64,000 bases of DNA from an uncultured Treponema sp. (lineage in GTDB: Bacteria > Spirochaetota > Spirochaetia > Treponematales > Treponemataceae). The position numbers and the translations under genes are program-made. The notes below the pieces were generated by a model that saw only the letters and a program-made list of their open reading frames with translations, searched no databases and was not told the origin of the DNA. Of the stretch, positions 46,442 through 56,550 are shown piece by piece. The stretch spans positions 4,459 through 68,458 of the forward strand of contig CALGHP010000065.1 of assembly GCA_937916055.1 (NCBI GenBank), written 5' to 3'. Numbering within the stretch: the stretch's first letter is position 1; each line of letters begins with the position of its first letter.

Positions 46442-46545
46442 GAGAAAGACTTTACCATAGAAGCGGATTTTCTTCAATCTTGAAAAAAAATACTTCTAAA
46501 CAAGTGCATTTCAGACTCCGATTATCAAACAAAAGGTGGAAACTG

Positions 46546-47076
46546 ATGGGGAAAACAAGATTTGTGCTGCTTTTCATGCTGCTATGTGCAGTCTGTCCGG
46601 CAAGCCAGATTTCTTTTCAGGTCGTGCAGCATGACGAGTCCGCGGGCGGAAAGGTCGGCGAGCAGAGTCTTCTTGTGGAGGACGGGCTTCTGACCGGATT
46701 CTTTGACAGCGGATTCATCGTCACGAATTCTCCGGCTGCCGTGTCATCTTCGGCGGCTCAGGATGAGAGCCTGTGGAAAATCGGATTTGATGATGCCGCT
46801 GACGGCTGTTCGGATTATTTTGTCCAGGTCAGGCTTTACTTCAGACCGGATCAGGATTCCGCCGGAAAAACATCTCCGGTTCTGAATGACATAGAATATT
46901 CCGTCGTCTCGGTCGCAACGGGCAGACGGACTTCCGGAAAATCCGCCGTAGAACCGGAGTATGAGCGCCTTCTCCGCAAAAAGAACCGGAATTCCTCCGG
47001 AGACGGGCTTTTTGCCGGACTGGTGGCTGATATAAAAAAAGCGATAAAAAGAAACCCTAAGGATGGTCAGATATGA
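46546..47076 (+). CDS. secreted hypothetical protein
   Basis: ATG at 46546 with AGGTGG upstream. Signal peptide FVLLFMLLCAVCPASQ. ATGA overlap with the next gene. Confidence 0.55.
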   Translation: MGKTRFVLLFMLLCAVCPASQISFQVVQHDESAGGKVGEQSLLVEDGLLTGFFDSGFIVTNSPAAVSSSAAQDESLWKIGFDDAADGCSDYFVQVRLYFRPDQDSAGKTSPVLNDIEYSVVSVATGRRTSGKSAVEPEYERLLRKKNRNSSGDGLFAGLVADIKKAIKRNPKDGQI

Positions 47077-48983
47077 TACATAAGAGAATGAGAGAAATTT
47101 CGAGGCTTTTTGCCGTCGTCCTGTGCGGCCTTGTGTTCGCGTCTTTCAGCACTTCGCTGGACGGAAGGGCTGTTGTCGTCGAGGACGGCGTTTTTCCGCA
47201 GGGACTTTTCGCGAAGGCTGTAGGTTATCTGCCTGGAGACGTGCTCAGCGTTACAGGAATTTCCGGCAGCAGCACTGCCGATCTTCTTGTGATCGGCGCG
47301 CTTGATCCTTCCGAGGGCGTTGCGATCATGCTTTCTCCGGAAGCCGCCGCCGCGCTCGGCATGGACAGGGATTCAAATAATATTGTGAAGATAACGAAAC
47401 GCTCCAGTCAGGACGGCCGTGTGTACGGTTCGGCAATGCTTGCGAAGCCGGCTGGTACGGAGCCGGACACATCCGCGGAGCAGGACGGCGACGGACAGAA
47501 TGCGGCTGACGAGGGCGGAACGGACATAATTGACGATGACATTGAGGAGAGGGATGCTTTCGCCGGTGAAAATCTGCCTGAGGAGGCCGAGCGGTCCGCA
47601 GCAGAGGACGACTCTCCTGAGGCTGAGCCGGATTCTGCTGAAACCGACTCAGATGCGGATGACGGTGGCACGGAGACGGCGGCAAATGAAAGCCCGGAGG
47701 CGGAGGCCGGCGAGAACGGTTCTGGTGCTGAGGAATATGTTCCAGCGGAGGAGGAGCCTGTTCCTGCCGTTCCGGAGGATAGCGCGCCTTCTTACGAGGA
47801 GACGGAGCCTCCAAGCGAGGAGGAATTTGTTCCTGATGATGACCTTGCCGTGCAGCCGTCCGAAGCCGCGCCGGAATCCTGCGAAGAGGAGGAGGCTCCT
47901 GCCAACGAGGCTGTGGTTCCTGACCAGGATTTCTACAGCGGGGATTCCGCTCCCGAACAGGAGATTCCTCCGGAGGAGCAGGCCGCGGAGCCTGACGAGA
48001 GTCCGCTTGTCTCCGAGTCGGTGGAGGCGGATGTCTTTGATGACGGAGACGGCGCGGAGAATTCAGTTGAAACAGAAGCCCCGGCGGATGACGAGCCGGT
48101 CACGGAAGATGAGATTCCGGATGACGGCGAGCTGCCGGCTGAGGAACTGGTCGCTCCCGAACCTTTCGATGAGCATGATGATGCGGTTCAGGAGCCTTGC
48201 GGCGAGGAGCCTGACATGACGCCGGAGCCAGAGCCGGACACTGAGGATATTCCGGCTTCCGAGCCATACGACGAGATTGAGCCTGAGCCTGTGGATGACG
48301 AGCTTCCTGCGGCGGAACCAGAGCCGGAGGATGACATTCCGGAAGAATCCGTTCCGGAGCCTGCGGAGGAAATTCCTGCTGTCCGGGACGAGACTCCGGC
48401 CGGGGATTCCGGGGAGACAGCCGCAGAGGAGACCGGTGTCATGCCGGAGGATGAGACTGTGGCGGAGGAAGACGTTTCCGGCGGTGATGATGACGGCGTT
48501 GAGGATGCGGTTGAATTTGACGAGACTTATGATGCGATAATCCTTGTTCCTGCTGCGGACAATCCGCCTGAACCGGCTTTGAATCCGGAGGTCACAACGG
48601 ATGGCGCGGATTCGGAGGCTTCCGGGGATGTCGCTGTCACGGAGGAAAGTCTGGAGCCTGATGCGGAAGCTTCTGCCTCGGACGGTGATTCCGGCGGCGG
48701 AATTCAGGATGGACCGGCTTACGGAAAATATCTTGTTCCGTCGCTCGGTGAACTCAGCCGCGGCTCATATTATATTCAGATCGCCGTTCTGAAGGATGAG
48801 CTGAACATAATGGGCATAATAGAGAAATACAGCGGAAATTATCCGATGGCGGTCGTCCCGCTTTCGTCCGGGGCAGCCCTTCAGGTTATGGTCGGGCCGC
48901 TTTCGATGGACGAGTATGGCGCGGTTCTTGAGCGTTTCAGAAGCTACGGATTCAAGGACGCATTCCTCAGGAAAATAAAATAA
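47073..48983 (+). CDS. SPOR-domain protein with RlpA-like N-terminal region and a ~400-aa acidic (D/E/P) linker
   Basis: C-terminal SPOR (YYIQIAVLKDELN...VMVGPLSMDEYGAVLERFRSYGFKDAFLRK). The N-terminal LPGDVLSVT...AIMLSPEAAAALG resembles the RlpA double-psi barrel. Confidence 0.75.
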   Translation: MIHKRMREISRLFAVVLCGLVFASFSTSLDGRAVVVEDGVFPQGLFAKAVGYLPGDVLSVTGISGSSTADLLVIGALDPSEGVAIMLSPEAAAALGMDRDSNNIVKITKRSSQDGRVYGSAMLAKPAGTEPDTSAEQDGDGQNAADEGGTDIIDDDIEERDAFAGENLPEEAERSAAEDDSPEAEPDSAETDSDADDGGTETAANESPEAEAGENGSGAEEYVPAEEEPVPAVPEDSAPSYEETEPPSEEEFVPDDDLAVQPSEAAPESCEEEEAPANEAVVPDQDFYSGDSAPEQEIPPEEQAAEPDESPLVSESVEADVFDDGDGAENSVETEAPADDEPVTEDEIPDDGELPAEELVAPEPFDEHDDAVQEPCGEEPDMTPEPEPDTEDIPASEPYDEIEPEPVDDELPAAEPEPEDDIPEESVPEPAEEIPAVRDETPAGDSGETAAEETGVMPEDETVAEEDVSGGDDDGVEDAVEFDETYDAIILVPAADNPPEPALNPEVTTDGADSEASGDVAVTEESLEPDAEASASDGDSGGGIQDGPAYGKYLVPSLGELSRGSYYIQIAVLKDELNIMGIIEKYSGNYPMAVVPLSSGAALQVMVGPLSMDEYGAVLERFRSYGFKDAFLRKIK

Positions 48984-49006
48984 GCGTTTCTTATGCGCGC
49001 ATCAAG

Positions 49007-49040
49007 AGGCTGCTGCGGTATGTCTGCGGCGGCCTTTTTT
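49007..49040 (+). terminator. rho-independent terminator
   Basis: 12-bp stem (three G-U pairs), AGGCTGCTGCGG/CTGCGGCGGCCT, with loop TATGT, followed by TTTTTT. Confidence 0.85.
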
Positions 49041-49085
49041 AGTTTTGTTTTTAATTAAAACTTCATCTCTTTTTATGTTAAAATG

Positions 49086-49114
49086 TTGTTTTTTTACCTA
49101 AATGAATATATATT
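49086..49114 (+). promoter_or_regulatory. promoter TTGTTT-17-TATATT, 6 nt upstream of the LacI-family ATG
   Basis: Hexamers at 49086-49091 and 49109-49114, then CTAATA-ATG. No SD. Confidence 0.5.
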
Positions 49115-49120
49115 CTAATA

Positions 49121-50155
49121 ATGGCGAAGAACAGTAAAATCAGGCTTTCGGATATTGCGGAAAAACTGAACATAAGCACGGTGACTGTGTCAAAGGCGCT
49201 CTCCAACAAGGACGGAGTCGGTGATGACCTCAGGAAAAAAATCAAGGAGCTTGCCGATGAGATGGGGTATCAGGTCAGGCGCACCTCATATTCAAAAAAT
49301 TCCGGTGCGAAGATAACCGGCAATATTGGAATTCTGATTCCGTCAAGGTTTTTCTCGCCCAGCCTGTCATTCTACTGGTATCTGTTCAATTTCCTCTCCA
49401 CCGAGCTTCTTGACCATAATTACTATTCGATAATGGAGCTGCTCTCTCAGGATGACGAGGACAATCTTGTGCTGCCGCGCATGATTCAGGACGGCAAGGT
49501 TGACGGGATAATCATCCTCGGTCAGATAAGTACTGACTATCTTGATGTCATAGATTCTGTCTACAAGAATTTCATCCTTCTTGATTTCTACACCAGCCGC
49601 ACGAATCTGGACTGCGTCTCGAACGATGACTATTACTGCTCGTATATGCTGACAAGCTATGTGATTTCGCAGGGACACCGCAGGCTGCGTTTTGTCGGAA
49701 ATTTCGATGCCACCACCTCGATCCGCGACCGCTTCATGGGATTTCAGAAGGCGCTTCTTGAGAATGACCTTGAGGTCTCGAAGTCGGACATAATCAACGA
49801 CCGTGACAGCAAGGGCGGAAAAATTCCGATAGAGCTTCCTGTGAATGACATGCCGACGGCGTTTGTCTGCAACTGCGACGAGACGGCGATGACCCTGATA
49901 GAGGAGCTGCAGCAGAGCGGATATTCCGTTCCTGATGACATTTCGGTCACCGGGTTTGACAATTATATCGGACAGAACCGGCTTGACGTTAAGCTGACGA
50001 CCGTTTACATACGCCCGGAGGACACCGCAAGCATAGCGGCGGATCTCATAATAAAGAAGATAACAGGCCAGCCGTATATAAAGGGACGGCATCTTGTGGG
50101 CGGCTCCCTTGTGATAAGGGATTCCGTGCGCGACATCTCCGGTTCAGGGAACTGA
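49121..50155 (+). CDS. LacI-family transcriptional regulator
   Basis: HTH IRLSDIAEKLNISTVTVSKALSN, plus a periplasmic-binding-protein-like effector domain. Confidence 0.9.
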   Translation: MAKNSKIRLSDIAEKLNISTVTVSKALSNKDGVGDDLRKKIKELADEMGYQVRRTSYSKNSGAKITGNIGILIPSRFFSPSLSFYWYLFNFLSTELLDHNYYSIMELLSQDDEDNLVLPRMIQDGKVDGIIILGQISTDYLDVIDSVYKNFILLDFYTSRTNLDCVSNDDYYCSYMLTSYVISQGHRRLRFVGNFDATTSIRDRFMGFQKALLENDLEVSKSDIINDRDSKGGKIPIELPVNDMPTAFVCNCDETAMTLIEELQQSGYSVPDDISVTGFDNYIGQNRLDVKLTTVYIRPEDTASIAADLIIKKITGQPYIKGRHLVGGSLVIRDSVRDISGSGN

Positions 50156-50344
50156 TTCGCCCGGAGCGCGCATCCCCGGATGCTCAGCCCGAAGGTTCGT
50201 TCATTTCTCGGAATTCCGGAGACGGACGGGATAAAGCGCCCTGAATTTTCTTTAGATAAAATCATTTTTTCCCGCTTTATTGACGAAATTTGTTGAATTC
50301 CCGGATTTTTGTATTTATTTTCTTTATCTGAAAGGAAAAGTACT

Positions 50345-52933
50345 ATGGGATACGAGAATTATACTATCAAATCACAGGAAGCGCTTCAGGAGGCAAGCTC
50401 TATCGCCCTGAAAAAGGATCAGAGCGAAATCGGAGCGGAGCATGTACTGGAGGCGCTTCTTGAGCAGAAGGACGGGCTTGTGGCCCCGATTGTGGAGAGA
50501 ATAGGAGTTCCTGTCGCGGAGCTTATCAGGAAAGTCAAGGATGCGGTTGACACATATCCGCAGGTGAAGGGCAATTCGAGCGTCGTGTTCTCGAATGACA
50601 TGCAGCGGATTCTCGCGAAGTCGGAGAACGAGATGTCCGCCTTGCACGACCAGTTCCTGTCCACCGAGCATATCCTGCTGGCGATGTCCGAGGCGGACTG
50701 CCGGGCCGGAGAAATTCTCCGCGGATTCGGGATAACACATTCCGGCATAATGGATGCGCTCAAGGCGGTCCGCGGAAATCAGACCGTGGATTCCCAGGAT
50801 CCGGAGAGTTCCGTGCGCTCGCTTGAGAAATATACGCGTGATCTGACTGCGCTGGCAAGACAGGACAAGATAGATCCTGTCATCGGCCGTGACGACGAGA
50901 TCCGGCGCGTGATGCAGGTGCTGTGCCGCAGGACAAAGAACAATCCTGTGATAATAGGCGAGCCTGGAGTCGGAAAGACGGCTATAGTTGAGGGGCTCGC
51001 GCGGCGTATCGCCTCCGGTGACGTTCCGGAAAGCCTGAAGAACAAGCGTGTCCTTGCGCTTGACCTTGGTTCCCTTGTGGCAGGTGCGAAATTCCGCGGA
51101 GAATTCGAGGAGAGGCTGAAGGCGCTTATCAACGAGGTCCAGAAGTCGGACGGACAGATAATACTGTTTATCGACGAGCTGCATACGCTTGTCGGTGCAG
51201 GCGCGTCGGAAGGTTCCATGGATGCGTCCAATCTGCTCAAGCCGGCTCTTGCACGCGGCGAGCTCAGGGCGATCGGAGCGACAACACTTGACGAGTATAG
51301 AAAATACATCGAGAAGGATGCCGCCCTGGAGCGCCGTTTCCAGCAGGTGTACTGCAATGAGCCGAGCGTGGAGGATACCATAGCGATTCTCCGGGGACTG
51401 CGTGAGAAATATGAGATCCATCACGGAGTCCACATAGAGGATGATGCGCTTGTGGCCGCGGCGACACTGTCGAACCGCTACATAACCAACCGTTTTCTTC
51501 CGGACAAGGCGATAGATCTTGTTGACGAGGCTGCAAGCCGTCTGAAGATGGAGATAGAGAGCCAGCCTACGGAGCTGGATCAGGCGGAGCGTAAAATCCT
51601 GCAGCTTCAGATCGAGAGGCAGTCACTTTCAAAGGAGGATGACGAGGCTTCGAAGGAAAGGCTTGAGAAGCTGGAGAAGGAGCTTGCTGATTATACGGCC
51701 AAACGTGATGCGATGAAGCTCCAGTGGCAGAACGAGAAGCAGAGCATAGACCGGAGCCGCAGCATTAAGGAGCAGCTTGAGCAGGCGCGGTTCAATGAGG
51801 AGAAATTCACACGTGAAGGCAATCTTGAGAAGGCCGCGGAGCTGAAGTACAGCACGATTCCGGCTCTTCAGAAGCAGCTGGACGATGCGGTTATGGAAGA
51901 GGACAGCCGGAAGGACAGCGGAATGAATTCCCTGCTGAGGCAGGAGGTTACGGAGGAGGACATCGCCCGTGTGGTCAGTTCCTGGACGGGAATCCCCGTC
52001 GCGAAGATGCTCGCCGGCGAGAAGCAGAAATATCTGGATCTCGAGAATGTCCTCCACAGGCGTGTTATCGGACAGGATGAGGCTGTGCGCGTCGTATCCG
52101 ATGCGATTCGGCGCAACAGGTCGGGTCTGAGCGATCCGAACCGGCCTCTCGGCAGCTTTATGTTTATCGGACCGACAGGTGTCGGAAAGACGGAGCTCGC
52201 CAAGACTCTCGCGGATTTTCTTTTTAATGACGAGAAGGCTCTGACCCGAATAGACATGACCGAATATATGGAGAAATTCAGCGTGTCGCGTCTTATCGGA
52301 GCGCCGCCGGGATATGTCGGCTATGATGAGGGCGGCCAGCTTACCGAGGCTGTCCGCCGCAGACCGTACAGTGTCGTCCTGTTTGACGAGGTCGAGAAGG
52401 CCCATCCTGATGTGTTCAATATTCTGCTTCAGGTTTTGGATGACGGCCGGCTTACTGACGGCCAGGGCCGTGTCGTGGACTTCAAGAATACAATCATCAT
52501 AATGACCAGCAATCTGGGAAGCGATCTGATTCTTGAGGCAGACACGCAGGAGAAGCTTGACGGGCTTAAGGACAGAATAGATGCCCTGCTCAAGCAGAAA
52601 TTCAGGCCTGAGTTCCTTAACCGAATCGACGAGATCGTGACATTCCGGCAGCTGGACAGGAACTGCATCGGCAGCATCGTCCGGATTCAGCTTGATAAGG
52701 TCGCGTCAAGGCTCGCAGACAGGCGCATAAAGCTTGAATTTGACGCAGGCGCGGTGGACTTCCTGTCGGAACGCGGATACGACCCGGTGATGGGAGCGCG
52801 GCCGGTAAAGAGGGCGGTCCAGACTTATCTTGAGAATCCGCTCGCGAGGGAACTGCTCTCAGGGAAAATTCCTGACGGAGCGACGGTTTCGGTCGGCACG
52901 GATGGCGGCGCGCTGAAATTCAGCGTTGTCTGA
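50345..52933 (+). CDS. clpB: ATP-dependent chaperone ClpB
   Basis: Two AAA+ modules ([18 protein letters not shown]) with a long middle coiled-coil domain. ATG at 50345, with AAGGAAAA upstream. Confidence 0.95.
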   Translation: MGYENYTIKSQEALQEASSIALKKDQSEIGAEHVLEALLEQKDGLVAPIVERIGVPVAELIRKVKDAVDTYPQVKGNSSVVFSNDMQRILAKSENEMSALHDQFLSTEHILLAMSEADCRAGEILRGFGITHSGIMDALKAVRGNQTVDSQDPESSVRSLEKYTRDLTALARQDKIDPVIGRDDEIRRVMQVLCRRTKNNPVIIGEPGVGKTAIVEGLARRIASGDVPESLKNKRVLALDLGSLVAGAKFRGEFEERLKALINEVQKSDGQIILFIDELHTLVGAGASEGSMDASNLLKPALARGELRAIGATTLDEYRKYIEKDAALERRFQQVYCNEPSVEDTIAILRGLREKYEIHHGVHIEDDALVAAATLSNRYITNRFLPDKAIDLVDEAASRLKMEIESQPTELDQAERKILQLQIERQSLSKEDDEASKERLEKLEKELADYTAKRDAMKLQWQNEKQSIDRSRSIKEQLEQARFNEEKFTREGNLEKAAELKYSTIPALQKQLDDAVMEEDSRKDSGMNSLLRQEVTEEDIARVVSSWTGIPVAKMLAGEKQKYLDLENVLHRRVIGQDEAVRVVSDAIRRNRSGLSDPNRPLGSFMFIGPTGVGKTELAKTLADFLFNDEKALTRIDMTEYMEKFSVSRLIGAPPGYVGYDEGGQLTEAVRRRPYSVVLFDEVEKAHPDVFNILLQVLDDGRLTDGQGRVVDFKNTIIIMTSNLGSDLILEADTQEKLDGLKDRIDALLKQKFRPEFLNRIDEIVTFRQLDRNCIGSIVRIQLDKVASRLADRRIKLEFDAGAVDFLSERGYDPVMGARPVKRAVQTYLENPLARELLSGKIPDGATVSVGTDGGALKFSVV

Positions 52934-52968
52934 TGTTCTCCTTCTGAGGATTCAGTAAAGAGATTATT

Positions 52969-53022
52969 ATCCCCCGGAAGTTCATCATGAAATTTATGGT
53001 GAGGCTCCGGGGGATTTTTTTT
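52969..53022 (+). terminator. rho-independent terminator after clpB
   Basis: 10-bp perfect stem, ATCCCCCGGA (52969-52978) with TCCGGGGGAT (53006-53015), followed by T8. Confidence 0.8.
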
Positions 53023-55490
53023 CAGAACAGGATTTCGATGTCTTCCTGTCCCGGCTTCACCACAACCGATGAATGGAAAACACATAGCCGGTCTGACGGC
53101 GCGCGTGCCGTGTCGCTTCCGCCTTTGTATATATTGAGCGTTATGCTTCTGTCCGCCGAAAGCGCATGAACCGCCGCTTTTACAGGCTTTCCGTCCTTCC
53201 ATTCAAGATCCGCTGAAAGTCCGCCGTGAATTCTTACTCCCCGCAGATGTCCGTTCCGCCATCCGTCGCTGTCGGGCAGGGCCGGAAGAAGCTGCAGGTC
53301 TATGTCCGTTCCGCACAGGCTTTCCCTTGGCCTGCTCTGTATGAGCATTCTTGTCACCGCTGCGAGCGTTCCGAAATTTCCGTCGATCTGGAACGGCGGA
53401 TGTGTGTCGAGAAGGTTCGGAAGCGTCGAGCGGTCGAAAAGGCTCATCAGGCCGGAGAGGGCTTCATTTCCCTGATGAAGCGACGCGCGGAAATTCATTA
53501 TCCAGGCCTGGCTCCATCCCGTATGTCCGCCGCCGTTCCTGAGGCGTTTTTCCAGCGTTCTTTCCGCTGCGGCCGCCAGGGCGGGGGTCTCTTCCGGCGA
53601 GATTGTGCTGCCCGGAAAAAGCCCGTACAGATGTGATATATGCCTGTGTCCCGGCTCCGTTTCCGTGACCGCCGAATTCCATTCCATTATTGTGCCGTCG
53701 GAATTGAGTTCCGGACGCTTTATGTGCGCAAGAACATTCCTGAATTCGTCGAAATCAGAACCGGGATACGGAGTTCCGTCCCTGCGCTTTGCGTCTTTTC
53801 CGAGCTCCGCGGCGCAGTCAAGGCAGCCCCTGAAAAGCTGCTCCAGAATCATGTTGTCCATCTCGCAGCCTTCGGCGAAGGCTCCTTCCTGCCCGGCTCT
53901 GGAGATATATGAATTCTCCGGCGATACGGAGGGATTCAGGACGAGATACGGTTTTCCGTCTTCCGCCGTTTCCGTGCTTCCGGTCAGAAAGTCCGTGTAG
54001 AAGAGACATGATTCATGAATAAGGTAATAGTATCTTGACAGGAGCGCCCTGTCGCGCGTATATGCGTAGTGGGAGACGATGTGTGTCGCAAGCCATGCGT
54101 TTCCGAGCGTCCAGTATGTTCCGGGAATCCAGCAGTCCTGAGGCGCGCTGTCGCCCCAGATGTCGGTGTTGTGGTGCAAGGCGAAACCGCGGCAGCCGTA
54201 CATTTCCTGCGCCGTCCGGACTCCGTTTCTGTATGTGCGCTCAAGAAGGGCGAACACCGCCTCCTCGGTCTCTTGCAGACCGCAGATGCAGGCGGGCCAG
54301 TAGTTCATCTGAAGATTGATGTTTATCGTGTATTTGCTTCCCCATGGCGGATCCATGCTTCCGTTCCACAGCCCCTGCAGCGTGGCGGGGAGAATTCCGG
54401 GCTTTCTTCCTGATGAGATAAGGAGATACCGCGAGAAGTTGCAGTACTGGAGCGCGGTGAGCGTTCTTCCGGACTTGGTGTCTGAAAGCAGTTCTGGAGT
54501 CGGCCTGTCTGATGATGACGTTCCGCAAAGGGAGAAGGACATTCTTCCATACCATTCCGAATATTCCTTTCTGTGCCTGCCGAAAAGAATCTTCGCGGCG
54601 GCGCTGACTCCGTTTTCCGATATGAATTCTCCCATCTGCCTGAGACCGGCCGTACATCTTTCCGACCAGCTGTCGTCTAGGATTTCCCTGTCGTATTCCT
54701 CCTTTGTGATTTCCGCGCTGCCCGGAGAATATGTCCTTATGTCAACGAAAAGAAGGAGCTCATCGCAGCCTTTTCCTGTAAGGCAGACTCCGCTTGCCGC
54801 TGTTTTTCCTCCGGATGTTACGGCTCCGGCTCCCGCGCAGAACGGAATTCCATGAGCATCCTTCATGAATATCATTCCGTCCTCTGACCAGAGCCTGTCG
54901 CTCCAGATTCCGCGGTCCAGAAACGCGCGGAAATTCACCTTGCCGGACTCCGAAGCCTTTACGTGCATGAAAATCATGTTGTCCGGAGCCGAGACCCACA
55001 CTCTGCGCGTGAATTCTGTTCCTCCGCAGGTGTATCTTATTTCCGCCGCCGCCTCGTCAAGCCTGAGTATGCAGCTGTAGCTGTCTAGCGTCTCCTGCGG
55101 CTCCTGATGCGACGGAAGCGGCCCCGTGATTCCGGCATTCTCCTCGGTGAAAAAATCTATGTTCAGGTCTCCGGCCGTCTGATACACGCGCTCGTTGAAC
55201 GATGTTCCGGACAGCGTCTCGAACGCCAGCTCCTGCGCCTCCTGAATTCTTCCGTCGCGGACAAGTTCCCTTATCGCCGGAAGGGATTTCCTCGCGTCCG
55301 GATTCAGCCTGTCCTGCGGTCCTCCGGACCATACCGACTCCTCGTTCAGCTGTAGCGACTCCCGGCATGGCGATGCCTTCAGCATCACTCCGAGCCTTCC
55401 GTTTCCGAGCGGAATTCTGTGCTCCCATTGTTCCGGCGGCCTGTCAAAGAAAAGCGCGTCCGGTGTGCTTCTTCCTGTAAAATCATTCAT
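53022..55490 (-). CDS. glycoside hydrolase family 95 (alpha-L-fucosidase-like), no signal peptide
   Basis: GH95 N-terminal signature PLGNGRLGVM, and size of about 820 aa. Confidence 0.8.
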   Translation of the reverse strand: MNDFTGRSTPDALFFDRPPEQWEHRIPLGNGRLGVMLKASPCRESLQLNEESVWSGGPQDRLNPDARKSLPAIRELVRDGRIQEAQELAFETLSGTSFNERVYQTAGDLNIDFFTEENAGITGPLPSHQEPQETLDSYSCILRLDEAAAEIRYTCGGTEFTRRVWVSAPDNMIFMHVKASESGKVNFRAFLDRGIWSDRLWSEDGMIFMKDAHGIPFCAGAGAVTSGGKTAASGVCLTGKGCDELLLFVDIRTYSPGSAEITKEEYDREILDDSWSERCTAGLRQMGEFISENGVSAAAKILFGRHRKEYSEWYGRMSFSLCGTSSSDRPTPELLSDTKSGRTLTALQYCNFSRYLLISSGRKPGILPATLQGLWNGSMDPPWGSKYTININLQMNYWPACICGLQETEEAVFALLERTYRNGVRTAQEMYGCRGFALHHNTDIWGDSAPQDCWIPGTYWTLGNAWLATHIVSHYAYTRDRALLSRYYYLIHESCLFYTDFLTGSTETAEDGKPYLVLNPSVSPENSYISRAGQEGAFAEGCEMDNMILEQLFRGCLDCAAELGKDAKRRDGTPYPGSDFDEFRNVLAHIKRPELNSDGTIMEWNSAVTETEPGHRHISHLYGLFPGSTISPEETPALAAAAERTLEKRLRNGGGHTGWSQAWIMNFRASLHQGNEALSGLMSLFDRSTLPNLLDTHPPFQIDGNFGTLAAVTRMLIQSRPRESLCGTDIDLQLLPALPDSDGWRNGHLRGVRIHGGLSADLEWKDGKPVKAAVHALSADRSITLNIYKGGSDTARAPSDRLCVFHSSVVVKPGQEDIEILF

Positions 55491-56365
55491 CTGTCGACTC
55501 CGTAATCATGTGCGCCGCCAAGCGGCATGTTTTTTCTTATGACCGAAAAGTATATCGGCCCCGCTCCTTCCGCAGTGTCCGGAAGAATCTGAACTCCGAA
55601 TTCCGTCGGCGTGAATTTTGGAAATTCCGCTGAAGTGAAGGCTGATACATCCGCCGGCTCCGGTCTGATAAATTCAAATTCTCCGCCTGTCCGCCTGAAT
55701 TTTTCAACGAGCCTCGCGAGAATTCCGTCATTCTCGTCGGGACACAGGGCGCAAGTGGAGTACAGGAGGATTCCTCCCGGTACGAGCATTCTGTAAGCCG
55801 AGGAAAGAAGCGCCCACTGTTCCGTCGTGACAGTCCTTATTCTTGAGCGTGACCATGAGTTGAGATATTTCGGATCAGCGGCCACGTGCCGTTCGGAGGA
55901 GCAGGGGACGTCAAGCAGAATTCTGTCGAATTCCTCGCCGAATTTTCTGCACCACAGCGCTCCGTCGCTGCATGAGACTTTCACTCTTGCCGATGTCTCC
56001 GGCGGAAGGCAGTCTCCTACCACAGCCGAAAGCCGTCTTTTCCGTTCCGCTGAACGTTCGTTAGAATAAAGCTCCGCATTTTTCGGCATGAGCGAGGCCA
56101 GAACAAGTGTTTTTCCTCCCGGAGCGGCGCACAGGTCTAGGATTTTTTCCGCCCCGTCAAGCGGCAGGCTGGCGGCCGCAAGCACGCTCGCGCTGTCCAG
56201 ATAATACGGTTTTCCGGCTCCCGGCGTCCTCCATTCCGCATAGTCAGGCTCCCCGTTGAATGACTCTTTCAGCGTTTTCCACCGTCCGCCGAACAGCTGC
56301 GAATAATAAGCCTCAAATTCTTCCGCACCGTTCCTTCTGTTTCTGCCGTTCTTTCTTGCGCCCAT
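55487..56365 (-). CDS. RsmB/NOP2/Sun-family RNA m5C methyltransferase
   Basis: SAM motif LDLCAAPGGKT; catalytic-Cys regions DVPCSS and LLYSTCAL. ATG at 56365, with AGGAAA upstream. Confidence 0.8.
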   Translation of the reverse strand: MGARKNGRNRRNGAEEFEAYYSQLFGGRWKTLKESFNGEPDYAEWRTPGAGKPYYLDSASVLAAASLPLDGAEKILDLCAAPGGKTLVLASLMPKNAELYSNERSAERKRRLSAVVGDCLPPETSARVKVSCSDGALWCRKFGEEFDRILLDVPCSSERHVAADPKYLNSWSRSRIRTVTTEQWALLSSAYRMLVPGGILLYSTCALCPDENDGILARLVEKFRRTGGEFEFIRPEPADVSAFTSAEFPKFTPTEFGVQILPDTAEGAGPIYFSVIRKNMPLGGAHDYGVDR

Positions 56366-56550
56366 TTCCTTTCCGTCTGATAAAGTGTTCCCCGCCCGTG
56401 GCTTGTTCCGTCTGGCGGAGCGGGGCCATTGTGCATGGAATTCTGTCCGCGCCGGGAATTCATGATGAGGCCCGGCGGATTCGGGTATTCTATACTCCGG
56501 CGGACAAGTTTTCAATACGGGAGAATTTATGCTCCGTAAAATGATTTCGG

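Noticed and set aside
47430-48720. Acidic-linker coding region considered as a tandem DNA repeat or CRISPR-like array
   Set aside because: No exact or periodic nucleotide repeat units are visible, only amino-acid-level low complexity (GAG/GAC/CCG codons).
49047-49061. AT-rich near-palindrome GTTTTTAATTAAAAC between the terminator and the LacI-family promoter, considered as a LacI operator
   Set aside because: It does not resemble LacI-family operators (TGnAAnCGnTTnCA type). It is pure A/T and is more likely UP-element or terminator-tail DNA.
50372-51433. 353-aa ORF antisense to clpB (similar cases at 51629..52405, 12672..13394, 33793..34527 and 42367..42993)
   Set aside because: All lie opposite strongly supported genes. 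No motifs or start signals are present.
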